The position numbers were made by a program, and so were the translations under genes. A DNA stretch of 64,000 nucleotides from an uncultured Holophaga sp. (GTDB lineage: Bacteria; Acidobacteriota; Holophagae; Holophagales; Holophagaceae), in NCBI GenBank assembly GCA_963664825.1, contig OY761614.1, positions 1,952,001 through 2,016,000 of the forward strand, given 5' to 3'. Below are positions 46,403 through 56,712 of this stretch, one piece after another (within the stretch, counting starts at the first letter, position 1; each line of letters opens with the position of its first letter). The notes beneath the pieces are model-generated. The model saw nothing but the letters and a program-made list of their open reading frames with translations. It was not told the DNA's origin and made no database searches.

Positions 46403-48586
46403 ATGAAACCCGATCTTCCAACTCTGGTTTTCATCCTGGGTCTGACCTGCCTCACGGAAGTCATTGCCATTTCTTCCCAATATGTCGTGAACAAGATCTA
46501 TCGCGGGATCGGATGGTGGCTGCTGGGTTCCATGTCCATGGCACTGGGCTTTATCCTGCTGCCGCTGGATTCGATGCCCGGTCTTGGAAATGTTTCCGTC
46601 ATTGGAATCCCCTTGTTGGTCCTCGGACACCTCTGCTTTTTAATCGGCATCATCAGGTTTCTAGGTAAAAAAGAAAAAACATGGATGCTTATCTCGTCCT
46701 ACATGCTTGCCATCGGGTTGTACTACTATTTTATGTTCGGCCATGACAGCATTTCGGCCCGTACCATAATTGCATCCGGGACCATCGCCCTGCTCTCATT
46801 TCTGATTTCATTCACATTGCTCTCCAACAAAAATCGGCAATTTGCCGCCTCTGCGCGCTTCAACGCGATCGTTTTCCTCGTGTTTGGATCCTATCTAATC
46901 GTGAATTGCCTCTACACCGTATTCCATAAACCTTTGCAATCCTATTTGGACTATTCCCTTCTTCAAACGGCAGCATTCATCATTCCTGTCGTCTTCAGCT
47001 CTCTCTGGACCTTCGGGTTCATCCTCATGGTCAATCAGCGCCTGAGCACCGAAAATTGTGAAGAAAAGGAAAACCTGCAACGGGTCTTCAACACGGGGCC
47101 AGATGCGGCCCTGATCTCACGCCTGGAGGATGGTGCCTGCGTCGATGCGAATCTGGGATTCTTGACGATGACCGGCTACTCCCGTGTCGAGCTGCTGGAG
47201 AATCCTGCCCTCGGGACCAGCCTCTGGCAGGACTCGGAGGATCGACGGCATTTCGTGGCCCAGCTGAAGGAAAAGGGTTCCTGTGAGAACCAGGAATTCA
47301 CCTTCCGACGGAAGGATGGCTCCACCTATGCCGGCATGATCTCGGCCAGGTCCCTCACCATGGACGGCATTCCCCACATCATCAGCGTGACCCGGGATAT
47401 CACCGAGCACAGGAGGGCCGAGGCCGAAAAAGTGGAATTGGAGGCCAAGAACCGCCAGCTCCAGAAGGCGGAGAGCCTGGGCCGGATGGCCGGGGCCATC
47501 GCCCACCACTTCAATAATCAGCTTCAATCGGTGATGAGTAATCTGGAACTGGCCAGCCTGCCGAATACGGGCATCGATCCGGTCAAATGCCTCAGCCGAG
47601 CCAAACTGGCCGCGGAACGAGCGGCCAGGGTGAGTCACCAGATGCTGGTCTACCTGGGGCAGGCCTCCAGCGAATTGGAACCCTGTTTTCTTTCCGAGCT
47701 GTGCAGACCCAGCCTCCAGGGCCCCCTGCCGGGAAACGTCAGATTGGAGACGGCACTCCCTTCACCGGGTCCCATCGTCAACGCAGACGCGGCCCAGATC
47801 CAACAGGTGCTGGGCAATCTGATCACCAACGCCTGGGAGGCCCTGGGGGATGTCCCAGGAACCATTGGCCTCGGTCTCAGGGTCTGCTCCGCCGAGGAGA
47901 TCCCCGGGACCCATCGCTTTCCGATCAATTGGCAGGCCAGGGATTTGGAATACGCCTGCCTGGAGGTGAAGGACAGCGGCTGCGGCATGGCCGCAGCCGA
48001 TATCGAGAAGGCCTTCGATCCCTTCTTCACCACCAAGTTCACGGGCCGGGGCCTGGGCCTTCCCGTCGTGCTTGGAATCGTCCAGTCCCACGGTGGAGTC
48101 GTGTCCGTGGAGAGTCGACCGGGCGAGGGGAGCGTTTTCCGAGTCCATCTCCCGATCTGCGCTGCGGCGGAGGCCCCCATGCCGGTGGCCCAGGCCCAGC
48201 GTGCGGAGCTCGTGTGCAGCGGAACCCTGCTCTTGGTCGATGACGACAGGTTCCTCCTCGAATGCACCGGCGCCATGATCGAGCGCATGGGTTTCACCCT
48301 GCTCACCGCCAAGGATGGCGTCGAGGCGGTGGAGGTCTTCCGGCGGCACAGGGACCAGATCCGCTGCGTGATCACGGACCTGACCATGCCGCGCATGGAT
48401 GGATGGGAGACTCTCACGGCCCTGCGCCAACTGGAGCCGAGCCTGCCCGTGATCCTGGCCAGCGGCTACGACAAGAGCCAGGTCATGGCCGGTGCTCACC
48501 CCCATCGCCCCCAGGTCTTCCTGGGCAAGCCCTTCAGTCTCCGGCAACTCCAGGAGGCCCTGACTCAGGTCCTGCAGGGTGTCTGA
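46403..48586 (+). CDS. Membrane PAS hybrid histidine kinase with receiver domain
   Basis: ~7 TM N-terminus; PAS (RRKDG...SVTRDITE); H-box AIAHHFNNQL; NLITNA, DSGCGM, FFTTK, GRGLGL; receiver VDDD, DLTMP. Confidence 0.92.
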   Translation: MKPDLPTLVFILGLTCLTEVIAISSQYVVNKIYRGIGWWLLGSMSMALGFILLPLDSMPGLGNVSVIGIPLLVLGHLCFLIGIIRFLGKKEKTWMLISSYMLAIGLYYYFMFGHDSISARTIIASGTIALLSFLISFTLLSNKNRQFAASARFNAIVFLVFGSYLIVNCLYTVFHKPLQSYLDYSLLQTAAFIIPVVFSSLWTFGFILMVNQRLSTENCEEKENLQRVFNTGPDAALISRLEDGACVDANLGFLTMTGYSRVELLENPALGTSLWQDSEDRRHFVAQLKEKGSCENQEFTFRRKDGSTYAGMISARSLTMDGIPHIISVTRDITEHRRAEAEKVELEAKNRQLQKAESLGRMAGAIAHHFNNQLQSVMSNLELASLPNTGIDPVKCLSRAKLAAERAARVSHQMLVYLGQASSELEPCFLSELCRPSLQGPLPGNVRLETALPSPGPIVNADAAQIQQVLGNLITNAWEALGDVPGTIGLGLRVCSAEEIPGTHRFPINWQARDLEYACLEVKDSGCGMAAADIEKAFDPFFTTKFTGRGLGLPVVLGIVQSHGGVVSVESRPGEGSVFRVHLPICAAAEAPMPVAQAQRAELVCSGTLLLVDDDRFLLECTGAMIERMGFTLLTAKDGVEAVEVFRRHRDQIRCVITDLTMPRMDGWETLTALRQLEPSLPVILASGYDKSQVMAGAHPHRPQVFLGKPFSLRQLQEALTQVLQGV

Positions 48587-48649
48587 GGGCCTTTCCCTGC
48601 CACGCCCCCACCCCTTGTGGTAAACCAAGCCCATCTCCCTGGAGCCATC

Positions 48650-49204
48650 ATGCTGCCTGCCACCACCGCCCTCCTGCTCATCGATTGCCAGAAGGCCTGG
48701 GACGACCCCTATTGGGGCGAGCGCAACAACCCCGGCGCCGAAGGGCAGATCACGAGGCTCCTGGCGGCCTTCCGGGCCTCCGGGAGGCCCGTGCTCCACG
48801 TGAAACACAATGCCAAGGATCCCCATTCGCCCCTTCACCCGGGCGAACCCGGCAACGGCTTCAAGCCTGAACTGGCGCCCCTTCCCGGGGAAGCCATCTT
48901 CGAGAAGAACGTCCACAACGCCTTCCTGGGCACGGGCCTGGAGGCCTACCTGCGGGAGCGGGAGATCGACCGCGTGGTGATTGCGGGCTTCATCACCAAC
49001 TGGTGCGTATCCAGCACGGCGCGCATGGCCAATAACCTGGGCTTCAAGGTGGTCGTCCTCCACGACGCCTGCGCCACCTTCCCCTTCGAGGATCCCTTCG
49101 GCCAGATGGTGGATGCCGAGACCCTGCATCGGGTGGGCCTCACCGAACTCCACGGCGCCTTCGCCATGGTGCTGGGCACGGAGGATCTGCTGAGCATGGT
49201 TTAG
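48650..49204 (+). CDS. Isochorismatase-family cysteine hydrolase
   Basis: ALLLIDCQ, K.VHNAF.GT.L, GFITNWCVSSTAR, HDACATF. Confidence 0.9.
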   Translation: MLPATTALLLIDCQKAWDDPYWGERNNPGAEGQITRLLAAFRASGRPVLHVKHNAKDPHSPLHPGEPGNGFKPELAPLPGEAIFEKNVHNAFLGTGLEAYLREREIDRVVIAGFITNWCVSSTARMANNLGFKVVVLHDACATFPFEDPFGQMVDAETLHRVGLTELHGAFAMVLGTEDLLSMV

Positions 49205-49246
49205 GGGGATCGCTTGCCTTGGACCTCATTCCCGGAGCCGGGAGGT

Positions 49247-49870
49247 TCAGTCCTCCACCAGCACGGCCCGCACGGGGGAACCGTCGCCCCCTTGGATCCG
49301 AAGAGGCAGTGCGATGAGCGTGTAGAGCCCCGGCGGCACCTCCTTCAGGCAGAGGCCCTCCAGGCAGCGGAGGCCCCTTTCGAAGAGGGCGTGATGGCTC
49401 TCCAGGCGCTCGGAATCGAAGGGATCTACCGAAGGCGTATCCAGGCCCAGGAGCACGCAACCCTGGTCCCCGAGGTGGTGGACCAGTTCCGGCGAGAGGG
49501 CGTTGAATGCCTGGGTGAAGACCTGGGGATCCGGGTACGAGGCCGTCTTGAAGAGCACACGGGGAGCCCGCACCGGTTCCTTGAGATGGCTCGGGAGGAT
49601 CCGCGCTCCCGGGGGCAGGCCCACCTCGATGACCTGGCAGGGACCGAGGAAGGGCGATAGTTCCAGCGCGTCGATGGTCTGGCCGCCCTGGACCACATGG
49701 GAGGGCGCGTCGGCGTGGGTGCCTGCGTGCAGCGTTGTATGGATGGAACTCACTTCCGAGAAATGGCCGCCCTCCTGGTGGATCTGAATGTCCCGGCTGA
49801 AGGGCACATCCCCGGGCCACACGGCCAGTCTTGGGGAGAGGGGGGCCGTGATATCGAAGATGCGCGCCAT
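49247..49870 (-). CDS. kynB: Cyclase family / kynurenine formamidase
   Basis: VWPGD, HAGTHADAPSH (HxGTHxD), GLDTPSVD, LEGL, ALPL...DGSPVRAVL. Confidence 0.8.
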   Translation of the reverse strand: MARIFDITAPLSPRLAVWPGDVPFSRDIQIHQEGGHFSEVSSIHTTLHAGTHADAPSHVVQGGQTIDALELSPFLGPCQVIEVGLPPGARILPSHLKEPVRAPRVLFKTASYPDPQVFTQAFNALSPELVHHLGDQGCVLLGLDTPSVDPFDSERLESHHALFERGLRCLEGLCLKEVPPGLYTLIALPLRIQGGDGSPVRAVLVED

Positions 49871-49937
49871 GGCAGGACTCCGGCTTTTCCTCCAGTGTGA
49901 ACCATATGAATGCCGGGGAGGGGTTATCCTCAGGGTC

Positions 49938-51389
49938 ATGGACGCTCCGCTGCTGCTCGCCCTGGCCCATGCGCGCCTGCGCGCCGGGGAGGGCTTCGTT
50001 CAGGCGGTATGGGCCTCCCCCCGAGCGCTGGCGCTCACCTGGGCGCCGGAGCGGAGGGCTGAACTGGGGCCGGGCCTGACTTGGGTCTTCCTGCTCAATC
50101 CCTCCCCTGAACTCTGGATGCTCCACGAGAAGGACCCCGCCCTGGAGACGCTGAAGGCGGAATCCAAGGGCGATCTCTCCCGACGCTGGGGCCAGGAACT
50201 GAAGGGGGCGCGCCTCGAAGAGGTGGAGGGCGACCCCAGGGAACGCTGGCTGGCCTTGAATTTCCGGCGCCGGGCGGTGACCGGACGGATCGAGGTGATG
50301 CGGCTCTGCTTCCAGGCCATTCCCGGCCGCGGCGGCCTGCGCCTGGATGGCCTGGATCTCAATCCGGCGCGCATGGGCATGGGCGCCCTCTTTGCCGCCA
50401 CGGCCCCGGAACCCCAGGGGGATCCGCCGCCCCTTCGCCGCTGGCAGGAGCGCTTCGGGGAGGCCTTGGACCGGGCGCTGGCGGGGGAAGTCCCGGAAAT
50501 CCTGCCCGGGGAAGGCTCCCTACTGGCCCGCCATCGCTTCTGGTCCCTGGAAAGGGCCCAGAAGCTCATCCTCGCGCCGCGTCAGGCCACCGTGGACCGT
50601 CGGTTGCTGAAGGAACGGGCCCGTCTTGAACGCTACGAGGAGGCCCTGAAGGGGGACCGCGCGCGCCACCAGGCCGCCCTTCCCTTGAGGGAGAAGGCCC
50701 AGGCCCTGTCTGCGGAACTGTGGCATCTCAAGGGGGCCCAGGGGCGGGTCGAACTCGCCGATGGCCAGGTGATCGAGCTGCCCCTGGGGCTCCGGGCCGA
50801 AGGGGCCGCCCAGAAGTGGTTCTCCGCGGTGAAACGCGCCGAGCGGGGCCTGCAGCGGGTCGAAGAGCTGGAGCGGGAGCGGGCTCGGCAGTGCCTGGAA
50901 TTGGAGGCCCAGCTGGCGGCGCCTCCTCTGCCGCCTTCCCCCAAGCAAACGACAAAGCATGTCCAACCTAAGAAGGATGGGAAACGCATGGAACTGGGTA
51001 ATAAGCGGGAGGACAGGCGCTCCAACGGCAAGGGCAAGGCCTTTCGCAGCCAGATGGTGGATGGCTGGGAGGTCATCATCGGCAAGGGGGATTCGGATAA
51101 CGACACCCTCACCTTCAAGGTGGCATCAAGCCTGGATTTCTGGTTCCACGTGGCCGGAGTGCCGGGCAGTCACGTCGTCATCCGCAATCCCGATCGCATC
51201 ACCGAGCCCCCTCGGGAGGTGCTGGAACGCGCCGCCCAGTTGGCGGCCTTTTTCTCCAAGGCTCGGGATGGTGGCAAGGTGGAGGTCCACTGGTGCCGGG
51301 TGGCCGACGTCTCCAAGCCCCGGGGCTTCCCGCCAGGCAAGGTCATGCTGAAGACCTATAAGAGCCTGCGGGTGTACCCCAAGGAATAG
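49938..51389 (+). CDS. NFACT family (RqcH/FbpA-like) protein with C-terminal NFACT-R domain
   Basis: ELKGARLEEV...RERWL; coiled coil AQKWFSAVKR; IGKGDSDNDTLT, WFHVAGVPGSHVVI, AAQLAAFFSK, KPRG.PPGKV. Confidence 0.8.
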   Translation: MDAPLLLALAHARLRAGEGFVQAVWASPRALALTWAPERRAELGPGLTWVFLLNPSPELWMLHEKDPALETLKAESKGDLSRRWGQELKGARLEEVEGDPRERWLALNFRRRAVTGRIEVMRLCFQAIPGRGGLRLDGLDLNPARMGMGALFAATAPEPQGDPPPLRRWQERFGEALDRALAGEVPEILPGEGSLLARHRFWSLERAQKLILAPRQATVDRRLLKERARLERYEEALKGDRARHQAALPLREKAQALSAELWHLKGAQGRVELADGQVIELPLGLRAEGAAQKWFSAVKRAERGLQRVEELERERARQCLELEAQLAAPPLPPSPKQTTKHVQPKKDGKRMELGNKREDRRSNGKGKAFRSQMVDGWEVIIGKGDSDNDTLTFKVASSLDFWFHVAGVPGSHVVIRNPDRITEPPREVLERAAQLAAFFSKARDGGKVEVHWCRVADVSKPRGFPPGKVMLKTYKSLRVYPKE

Positions 51390-51414
51390 GGGCCCTTGGT
51401 TCTCGGGTCCGCAT

Positions 51415-52410
51415 CTATCCTCGAGGCCTGTCCGGCGCATCCGAATAGAGCCTTGCCAGCAGCAGCGCCAGCTCGGTGCGGCGGCGGGCTTGGGTGGGAA
51501 GCAGGATGTCCTCCTGCTGAAGCAGGGCGATCAGCTTGTGGGGAATCCTGTCCTGGTCGCCGACGATGCCCACGTGGCCTGCCCTGAGATTGACCACCTT
51601 CGCCCGGGATTCTCCATCCACCTGGGGCTGGGACTGCTCCTGGAGGGAGAAGGTGTAGTCCGATTTCAGGCACGTTCCATCGGGACGCAGCTCCCGGCAG
51701 GAATCGCGTTCATCGGAATTGATTTTGAGGTGACGCTTCACCTGGGGAATCAAGTGGCCAGGCTGTGTGATGAAGGCCCCGTTGTAGGTGATGTCTCTCC
51801 ATTTGGCTCCGGAGATGATGCGGCAGATGGGAATGACCAGCCCGAGGCTGATGAACCTGGCCGTCGGAGAGCCGCAGTGGCTGGCCGCCGCGATCCCCGC
51901 AAAGGGCGCCGAAATGGTCACAAGGCTAATCCGAAGTCCCGGATCCATGACCATTCCCGGGCGATCCAGGATGAGCGCCTTCCGGGCCAACAGGCCACCC
52001 TGGCTGTGGCCCAGGACCGTCATCTCCTTATTCCGCATCCTGGCGCTCAGGGACTGGATCGCCTGGGCCAATCGCCCCGAGCTGGCCATCATGTCATCCC
52101 TGTCGTCATAGCTGAAGCCGATGGTCTGTTGGCCATGGAACGCAAAGACCTCCGCCAGGGCCTGGAAGCGGCCCGCCGAGCCATTGCATCCATGGACGAG
52201 AATGATCACCGGCTGGCGGGAGTCGAGGTACAGGGTTCGATCCGGGTCATCCGTGCAGGGGCCCAGCCCCGGGATATTCAGCACGAGATCCGCTTTCGGC
52301 AGATACTCCGCATGGCGAAAGGCCCTGGGGCCATGATCCGGAGCCGGGAGGCCGCAGTGCAGGGCCGTGAGCAGCACCGCGGTCATAGCCAAATAGGAAA
52401 AAGAATGCAT
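51415..52410 (-). CDS. Alpha/beta hydrolase (lipase-like), probably exported
   Basis: LVHGC, GHSQGG nucleophile elbow, TISAPFAG. Confidence 0.8.
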   Translation of the reverse strand: MHSFSYLAMTAVLLTALHCGLPAPDHGPRAFRHAEYLPKADLVLNIPGLGPCTDDPDRTLYLDSRQPVIILVHGCNGSAGRFQALAEVFAFHGQQTIGFSYDDRDDMMASSGRLAQAIQSLSARMRNKEMTVLGHSQGGLLARKALILDRPGMVMDPGLRISLVTISAPFAGIAAASHCGSPTARFISLGLVIPICRIISGAKWRDITYNGAFITQPGHLIPQVKRHLKINSDERDSCRELRPDGTCLKSDYTFSLQEQSQPQVDGESRAKVVNLRAGHVGIVGDQDRIPHKLIALLQQEDILLPTQARRRTELALLLARLYSDAPDRPRG

Positions 52411-52482
52411 GGCGCCAGTGTAGCGAACTGAAAGGGCAAAGGCACAGGTTCCTCGGCCGATGGCGTATCGGATCTGTCTGGG

Positions 52483-54525
52483 TCAGGGCATCTCCATCCC
52501 GTAGTAATAACGCTCAAACCAGGGGTTCCAGTCTTTGCCCGTAGCCTGATTCAATAACCCGATGAACTCGTCCGTGGTTCGGATGCCCCACGGATCCGCG
52601 AAGAGCATGGCGCGTAATACCTTCACAAGGGCGTCGTCGCCGATCTCCTTGCGGAGGGTTCCGAGGAGCACGGCCCCCTTCTCATAGATCAAGCCCATGC
52701 GCATGGATCTGTAGGTCCACTCGTCCTCTCCGTAGCTCAAGTAGTTCGCCATGGGGATGGAGATATCGTTGCAGAATTTTTTGGCGTGATCCCGGGAGGT
52801 CTCCAGGGCCGTGTCGTACGTCGCCTTCAGCCGGGTCTTGTTTACATTGAGGGTGAGCGCGGAACAGAACTGAGCAAAGGCTTCGGAAAGCCACTGTTCC
52901 TCGGGGTTCGGCCACTTGGCGAGATGCCCCCAATACTGGTGGGCGATCTCGTGGGCGAAGCGCTGGTTGATCCCCTTGGAGAAATAGCTCCGGAAGAGGC
53001 GATCCCAATCGCTGCCGGTCACACCGAAGGCCTCGTTGGTGATGATCATGAGCCCCGGAGGGGCCTGGCCCCATCCATAGGAATTGTCCTGGACGATGGT
53101 GAACTCCTTGAAGGGGAAGGGACCCAGCAGGAACTCGTAGAATTTGATGATCCCGAAGCTCAAATTTATGAGTTGGTCCGCGATCTGACTCTCGGTGCCA
53201 TACATGGCCAAGCGGATGGTCTGGCCTCCCCGGGTCTGTTCGCGAAACGTGTAGTCCGCCCCTAGAATGGTGTAGAAACCGACGGGTTTATCGATGCGGC
53301 TTTCAACCAGGTTGTAGTCGCCCTCCCGCCCTCGGGAGATCGTTTCTCCCCCCGTGACCGGTACCCAGGGGGCCTTGGTCTTCACCCGGGCCTTCACGGT
53401 GAAGAAGGCTCCTGGTCCTGCGATCTCAGGGCTCGGGAAGCAGTCTCCGGAATCCAAGCGCCAGTTCTTGTCTCCGATATTGGGAATCAGGATTTGCCCC
53501 TTCATGTGGCAACGAATGACGAAGGGCTGGTCCTTTGGGAGGGCCTGGGGCAATACGATGGTCAGGAGATCATCCCGAAACAGGAAGGGAATGGCGTGTC
53601 CCGCAGCATCTTCCAGGTGGAGGACCTTTTGGGTCAGCTCTGGCCAGGAACCATTCTTGGATCGGTAGAACCGTTTGCTGCGAAGATTCATGGAGAAGGC
53701 CCGTTGCCCGGTCATCAGGGGCACAAGGGTCTCCTCCGCCTTGGATTCCATGTCATTTCCGCCGAAGGCTGTCAAGTCCAGGTCGACGTGTCGGAGTTGA
53801 AAGGGCGCCCCAATGGGCTGGCGGAAGGTCCAGCCCTGGGCTGCCCTGGAAAGCTGGGTCAGCCGAGGCTCGGGGTGTTCGTTGGGACGCGGCAACCGGA
53901 TGTGTACCAGGTCCTCCCGAAAGGTGCTGGCGTTATCCAGATCGTAGAGGAGTTGGGGCCCATTCACGCCGAGAGGGAACAGCAGGGCGAAGGCGTATGG
54001 CTGGGTGGGTGCATTGAATTCATGGACACCGTATTCATGGAGATACTGCGTGAGAGAAAGCTGCTCGCAGGTCTGAATATCCCGGGCGAAGGCCGCCTCC
54101 ACTTGGGGGGCGGGATCGTCCGCACCCTGGACATCGGTCTTCATATTTCGGGTCCAGAGTAGAAGTCGCTCAAACCGACCCTCCAGCTGTGCGCCACCCT
54201 CGACGGGAAGAATCTGAGATTTCAGAAGCGTCCTGGCGTTCTTGGCGAAGAGGGTGTGATCAGCCTTGTCGATGCTGAGGTAGCGGAAATGCCCCTCTCC
54301 CCGAAAGTAGAGCCCGACCTCCAGACCGTTGGCTGTAAGCCTTATCAACTGCCCTTTTCCAAAGAACAGTGCGAGGTGGCCCACTTGAATCTGCTGGTTG
54401 ACAACGCTTTGGGTGTGCCCGGTCTGCGTGACAAGCAGGCGAAAGGGGGGAACGCTCTGTCCCCATATGGCACTCGTCTGAGCGCAAATCAACACCATCC
54501 ACCCGAGTACCATTCGCCGGAACAT
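52483..54525 (-). CDS. M1 family metallopeptidase, secreted
   Basis: HEIAHQYWG, WLSEAFA, YEKGAVLL; signal peptide; GGAG RBS. Confidence 0.85.
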   Translation of the reverse strand: MFRRMVLGWMVLICAQTSAIWGQSVPPFRLLVTQTGHTQSVVNQQIQVGHLALFFGKGQLIRLTANGLEVGLYFRGEGHFRYLSIDKADHTLFAKNARTLLKSQILPVEGGAQLEGRFERLLLWTRNMKTDVQGADDPAPQVEAAFARDIQTCEQLSLTQYLHEYGVHEFNAPTQPYAFALLFPLGVNGPQLLYDLDNASTFREDLVHIRLPRPNEHPEPRLTQLSRAAQGWTFRQPIGAPFQLRHVDLDLTAFGGNDMESKAEETLVPLMTGQRAFSMNLRSKRFYRSKNGSWPELTQKVLHLEDAAGHAIPFLFRDDLLTIVLPQALPKDQPFVIRCHMKGQILIPNIGDKNWRLDSGDCFPSPEIAGPGAFFTVKARVKTKAPWVPVTGGETISRGREGDYNLVESRIDKPVGFYTILGADYTFREQTRGGQTIRLAMYGTESQIADQLINLSFGIIKFYEFLLGPFPFKEFTIVQDNSYGWGQAPPGLMIITNEAFGVTGSDWDRLFRSYFSKGINQRFAHEIAHQYWGHLAKWPNPEEQWLSEAFAQFCSALTLNVNKTRLKATYDTALETSRDHAKKFCNDISIPMANYLSYGEDEWTYRSMRMGLIYEKGAVLLGTLRKEIGDDALVKVLRAMLFADPWGIRTTDEFIGLLNQATGKDWNPWFERYYYGMEMP

Positions 54526-54658
54526 TGTTTCTCCTGAGCCGCTCGCTGTAGGGGATATTTTAATTAGGCTAAATTGACAGGCACTCAAACGTGGCGTCAA
54601 TGGGAACCCAAATATTGAGGTGAGTGCGTGCCCGCGTATGATCGCAGAGGGCACGCGC

Positions 54659-56362
54659 ATGAAACTCACTCTGGTCGCCATCCACATCGAAGCCTCCGCT
54701 CGCGCCGTGCCCCTGGGGCCGGCCATGCTGGCTTCGGTCTTGAAGCGGGCCTATCCCCATGATGTCCACACCCGCATCCTGGATGGCTTCCTCTTCGAAT
54801 CGGCAGAAACCTGCGCGGCCCGGATTCTGGAGACGGATCCTGACTGGGTGGGCCTCTCCATCTATGTCTGGAACCGGGCCCGGGCTCGGGAGATCGCGGG
54901 GATCCTGAGGCGAGAGAAACCCTCGCTCCTGCTCTTCGCCGGGGGCTCGGAAGCCACGGCGGACCCCGAAGGGGTGCTGGCCGAAGGCTGCCTGGATTTC
55001 GTCCTGCCGGGGGAGGGCGAAGACCTCATCGTCGAGACCGTGGGCCGCCTCCTGGAGGGTGCCACGGTGGCTGAGATTCGCCTCGGCATCCATCCCGCGC
55101 CCGTGCAGGACCTGGCGAGCCTGCCCTCGCCCTACCTGGATGGCAGCCTGGATCCCTCCCACTATCCGGGCATGCTCTGGGAACTCTCCCGGGGATGCCC
55201 CTTCCGTTGCGATTTCTGCTTCGAATCCCGGGGGGAGTCGGGCACTCGGCGGGTGCCCATGGAAAGGGTCAGGGCCGAGCTGCTCCAATTCGAGGCCTGC
55301 GGCGTGAGCCAGGTATTCGTGCTGGACCCCACCTTCAATTTCGATAAGCGCCAGGCCAAGGAGATCCTGCGCCTCATCGCCGCCCAGGCCCCGGCCATCC
55401 ACTTCTTCTTCGAGATCCGCAGCGAATTCATCGATGTGGAGCTGGCCCGGCTCTTCGCCTCCATCCGCTGCACCCTGCAGATCGGGCTCCAGAGCGCCGA
55501 TGATGCCGTGCTGAAGCGGATCAACCGAAGCCTCGATCGCTCGGATTTCGAGGCCAAGGTGCTGCTGCTGCACCAGGCGGGCGCCACCTACGGATTCGAT
55601 CTGATCTATGGCCTGCCGGGCGATACCCTCCAGGGCTTCCTGGAGAGCCTGGACTTCGCCCTGGGGCTGGTGCCCAATCATCTCGATATCTTCCCCCTCT
55701 CCGTGTTGCCCGGCACCCGGCTCCGGGAGACGGCGCCGGGACTGGGTCTCCAGCATCTGCAGGAGATCCCCTACACGGTTGTAGCCTCTCCCGGCTTCAG
55801 TCAGGCCGATATGGGCGCCGCGGCCCGGATCGCCCAGGCCTGTGATGTGATGTACAACCAGGGCAAGGCCGTGCCCTGGTTCGCCCTGCTGCTGGACTGG
55901 CTCGACCTAGTGCCTTCCGAACTGCTGGGGCGTTTCGCAGAATTTATGGAGACACGCGCCGAAACGGGGCCCACGCCGCCTCCTGCATCCTCGTCGCACC
56001 CCCTTCGGGGGCAGGCTACCGGGAGCTGCACCTTCACGCCCGATATCACATCCCTTCAGGTGGCCTTCTTCAGCTCCTGTTTTCCGGATCCGCAGGAGGC
56101 CGCCGTGGTCGTCGATATCGTCACCTACTTCGGCTATTCCGGAGCCCTGTTGGAGGCCGCGGCCCAGGAAGGGCCGGAGGCCGCGCCCACACGCGTGGCC
56201 CATTTCCAGCACGACCCGAGGGCCCTGTTGGAAGAACTCCAGAACGGCATCACCGAACTGGAGGACCTGGTCTGTGTCCTGCCCCCATGGCCCTGTCGGG
56301 CCCTGCTCAGCGTGGAGGGCGAGGAGACCCGCCTGCGGATTCTCGATCCCCCGGAGGCCTGA
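54659..56362 (+). CDS. B12-binding domain radical SAM protein
   Basis: VGLSIYVWN, GGSEA, GEGE, SRGCPFRCDFC, DPTFN, IGLQS, LIYGLPGDT. Confidence 0.9.
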   Translation: MKLTLVAIHIEASARAVPLGPAMLASVLKRAYPHDVHTRILDGFLFESAETCAARILETDPDWVGLSIYVWNRARAREIAGILRREKPSLLLFAGGSEATADPEGVLAEGCLDFVLPGEGEDLIVETVGRLLEGATVAEIRLGIHPAPVQDLASLPSPYLDGSLDPSHYPGMLWELSRGCPFRCDFCFESRGESGTRRVPMERVRAELLQFEACGVSQVFVLDPTFNFDKRQAKEILRLIAAQAPAIHFFFEIRSEFIDVELARLFASIRCTLQIGLQSADDAVLKRINRSLDRSDFEAKVLLLHQAGATYGFDLIYGLPGDTLQGFLESLDFALGLVPNHLDIFPLSVLPGTRLRETAPGLGLQHLQEIPYTVVASPGFSQADMGAAARIAQACDVMYNQGKAVPWFALLLDWLDLVPSELLGRFAEFMETRAETGPTPPPASSSHPLRGQATGSCTFTPDITSLQVAFFSSCFPDPQEAAVVVDIVTYFGYSGALLEAAAQEGPEAAPTRVAHFQHDPRALLEELQNGITELEDLVCVLPPWPCRALLSVEGEETRLRILDPPEA

Positions 56363-56712
56363 TCGGAACCCGGGTGCAGCCATCAAGGCGTCTCGCAGAT
56401 TGGGAACCGACGCGTGTTGCCTTGGCCGCTCGGCGAATCCGGGTCGGTATTTCCCAACGAACATTACAAAACAGGAATTGCCCATTTGACGATTCATCTG
56501 GGCAAAATCTTAGAGTACGGAAACGAGATCAGGCGACTTCTGCCCCTCGGGGCCCGGAGATCCACGGGAGGATGCGGCTATTTTTTATCCATTCGCCCGT
56601 CGATTTCCCCTTTGAATCCCTGATTCCATGCGGAAGTGCTGATATGACACGTCAAAATTTTTGTATCGCCCATGTCCCCCCGGGTTCAACCTGTCCAGAA
56701 TCGAGGCACACT

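Noticed and set aside
45665..46630. Mutually overlapping extensions of the kinase and MEMO1 ORFs
   Set aside because: Each extension is antisense to the other gene; starts at 46403 (+) and 46285 (-) give a normal divergent layout
56495..56580. Possible c-di-GMP-I riboswitch (GGCAAA...GAAA) upstream of pilin cluster
   Set aside because: Second GCAAA and paired stems of the consensus not found; an Rfam scan would settle it
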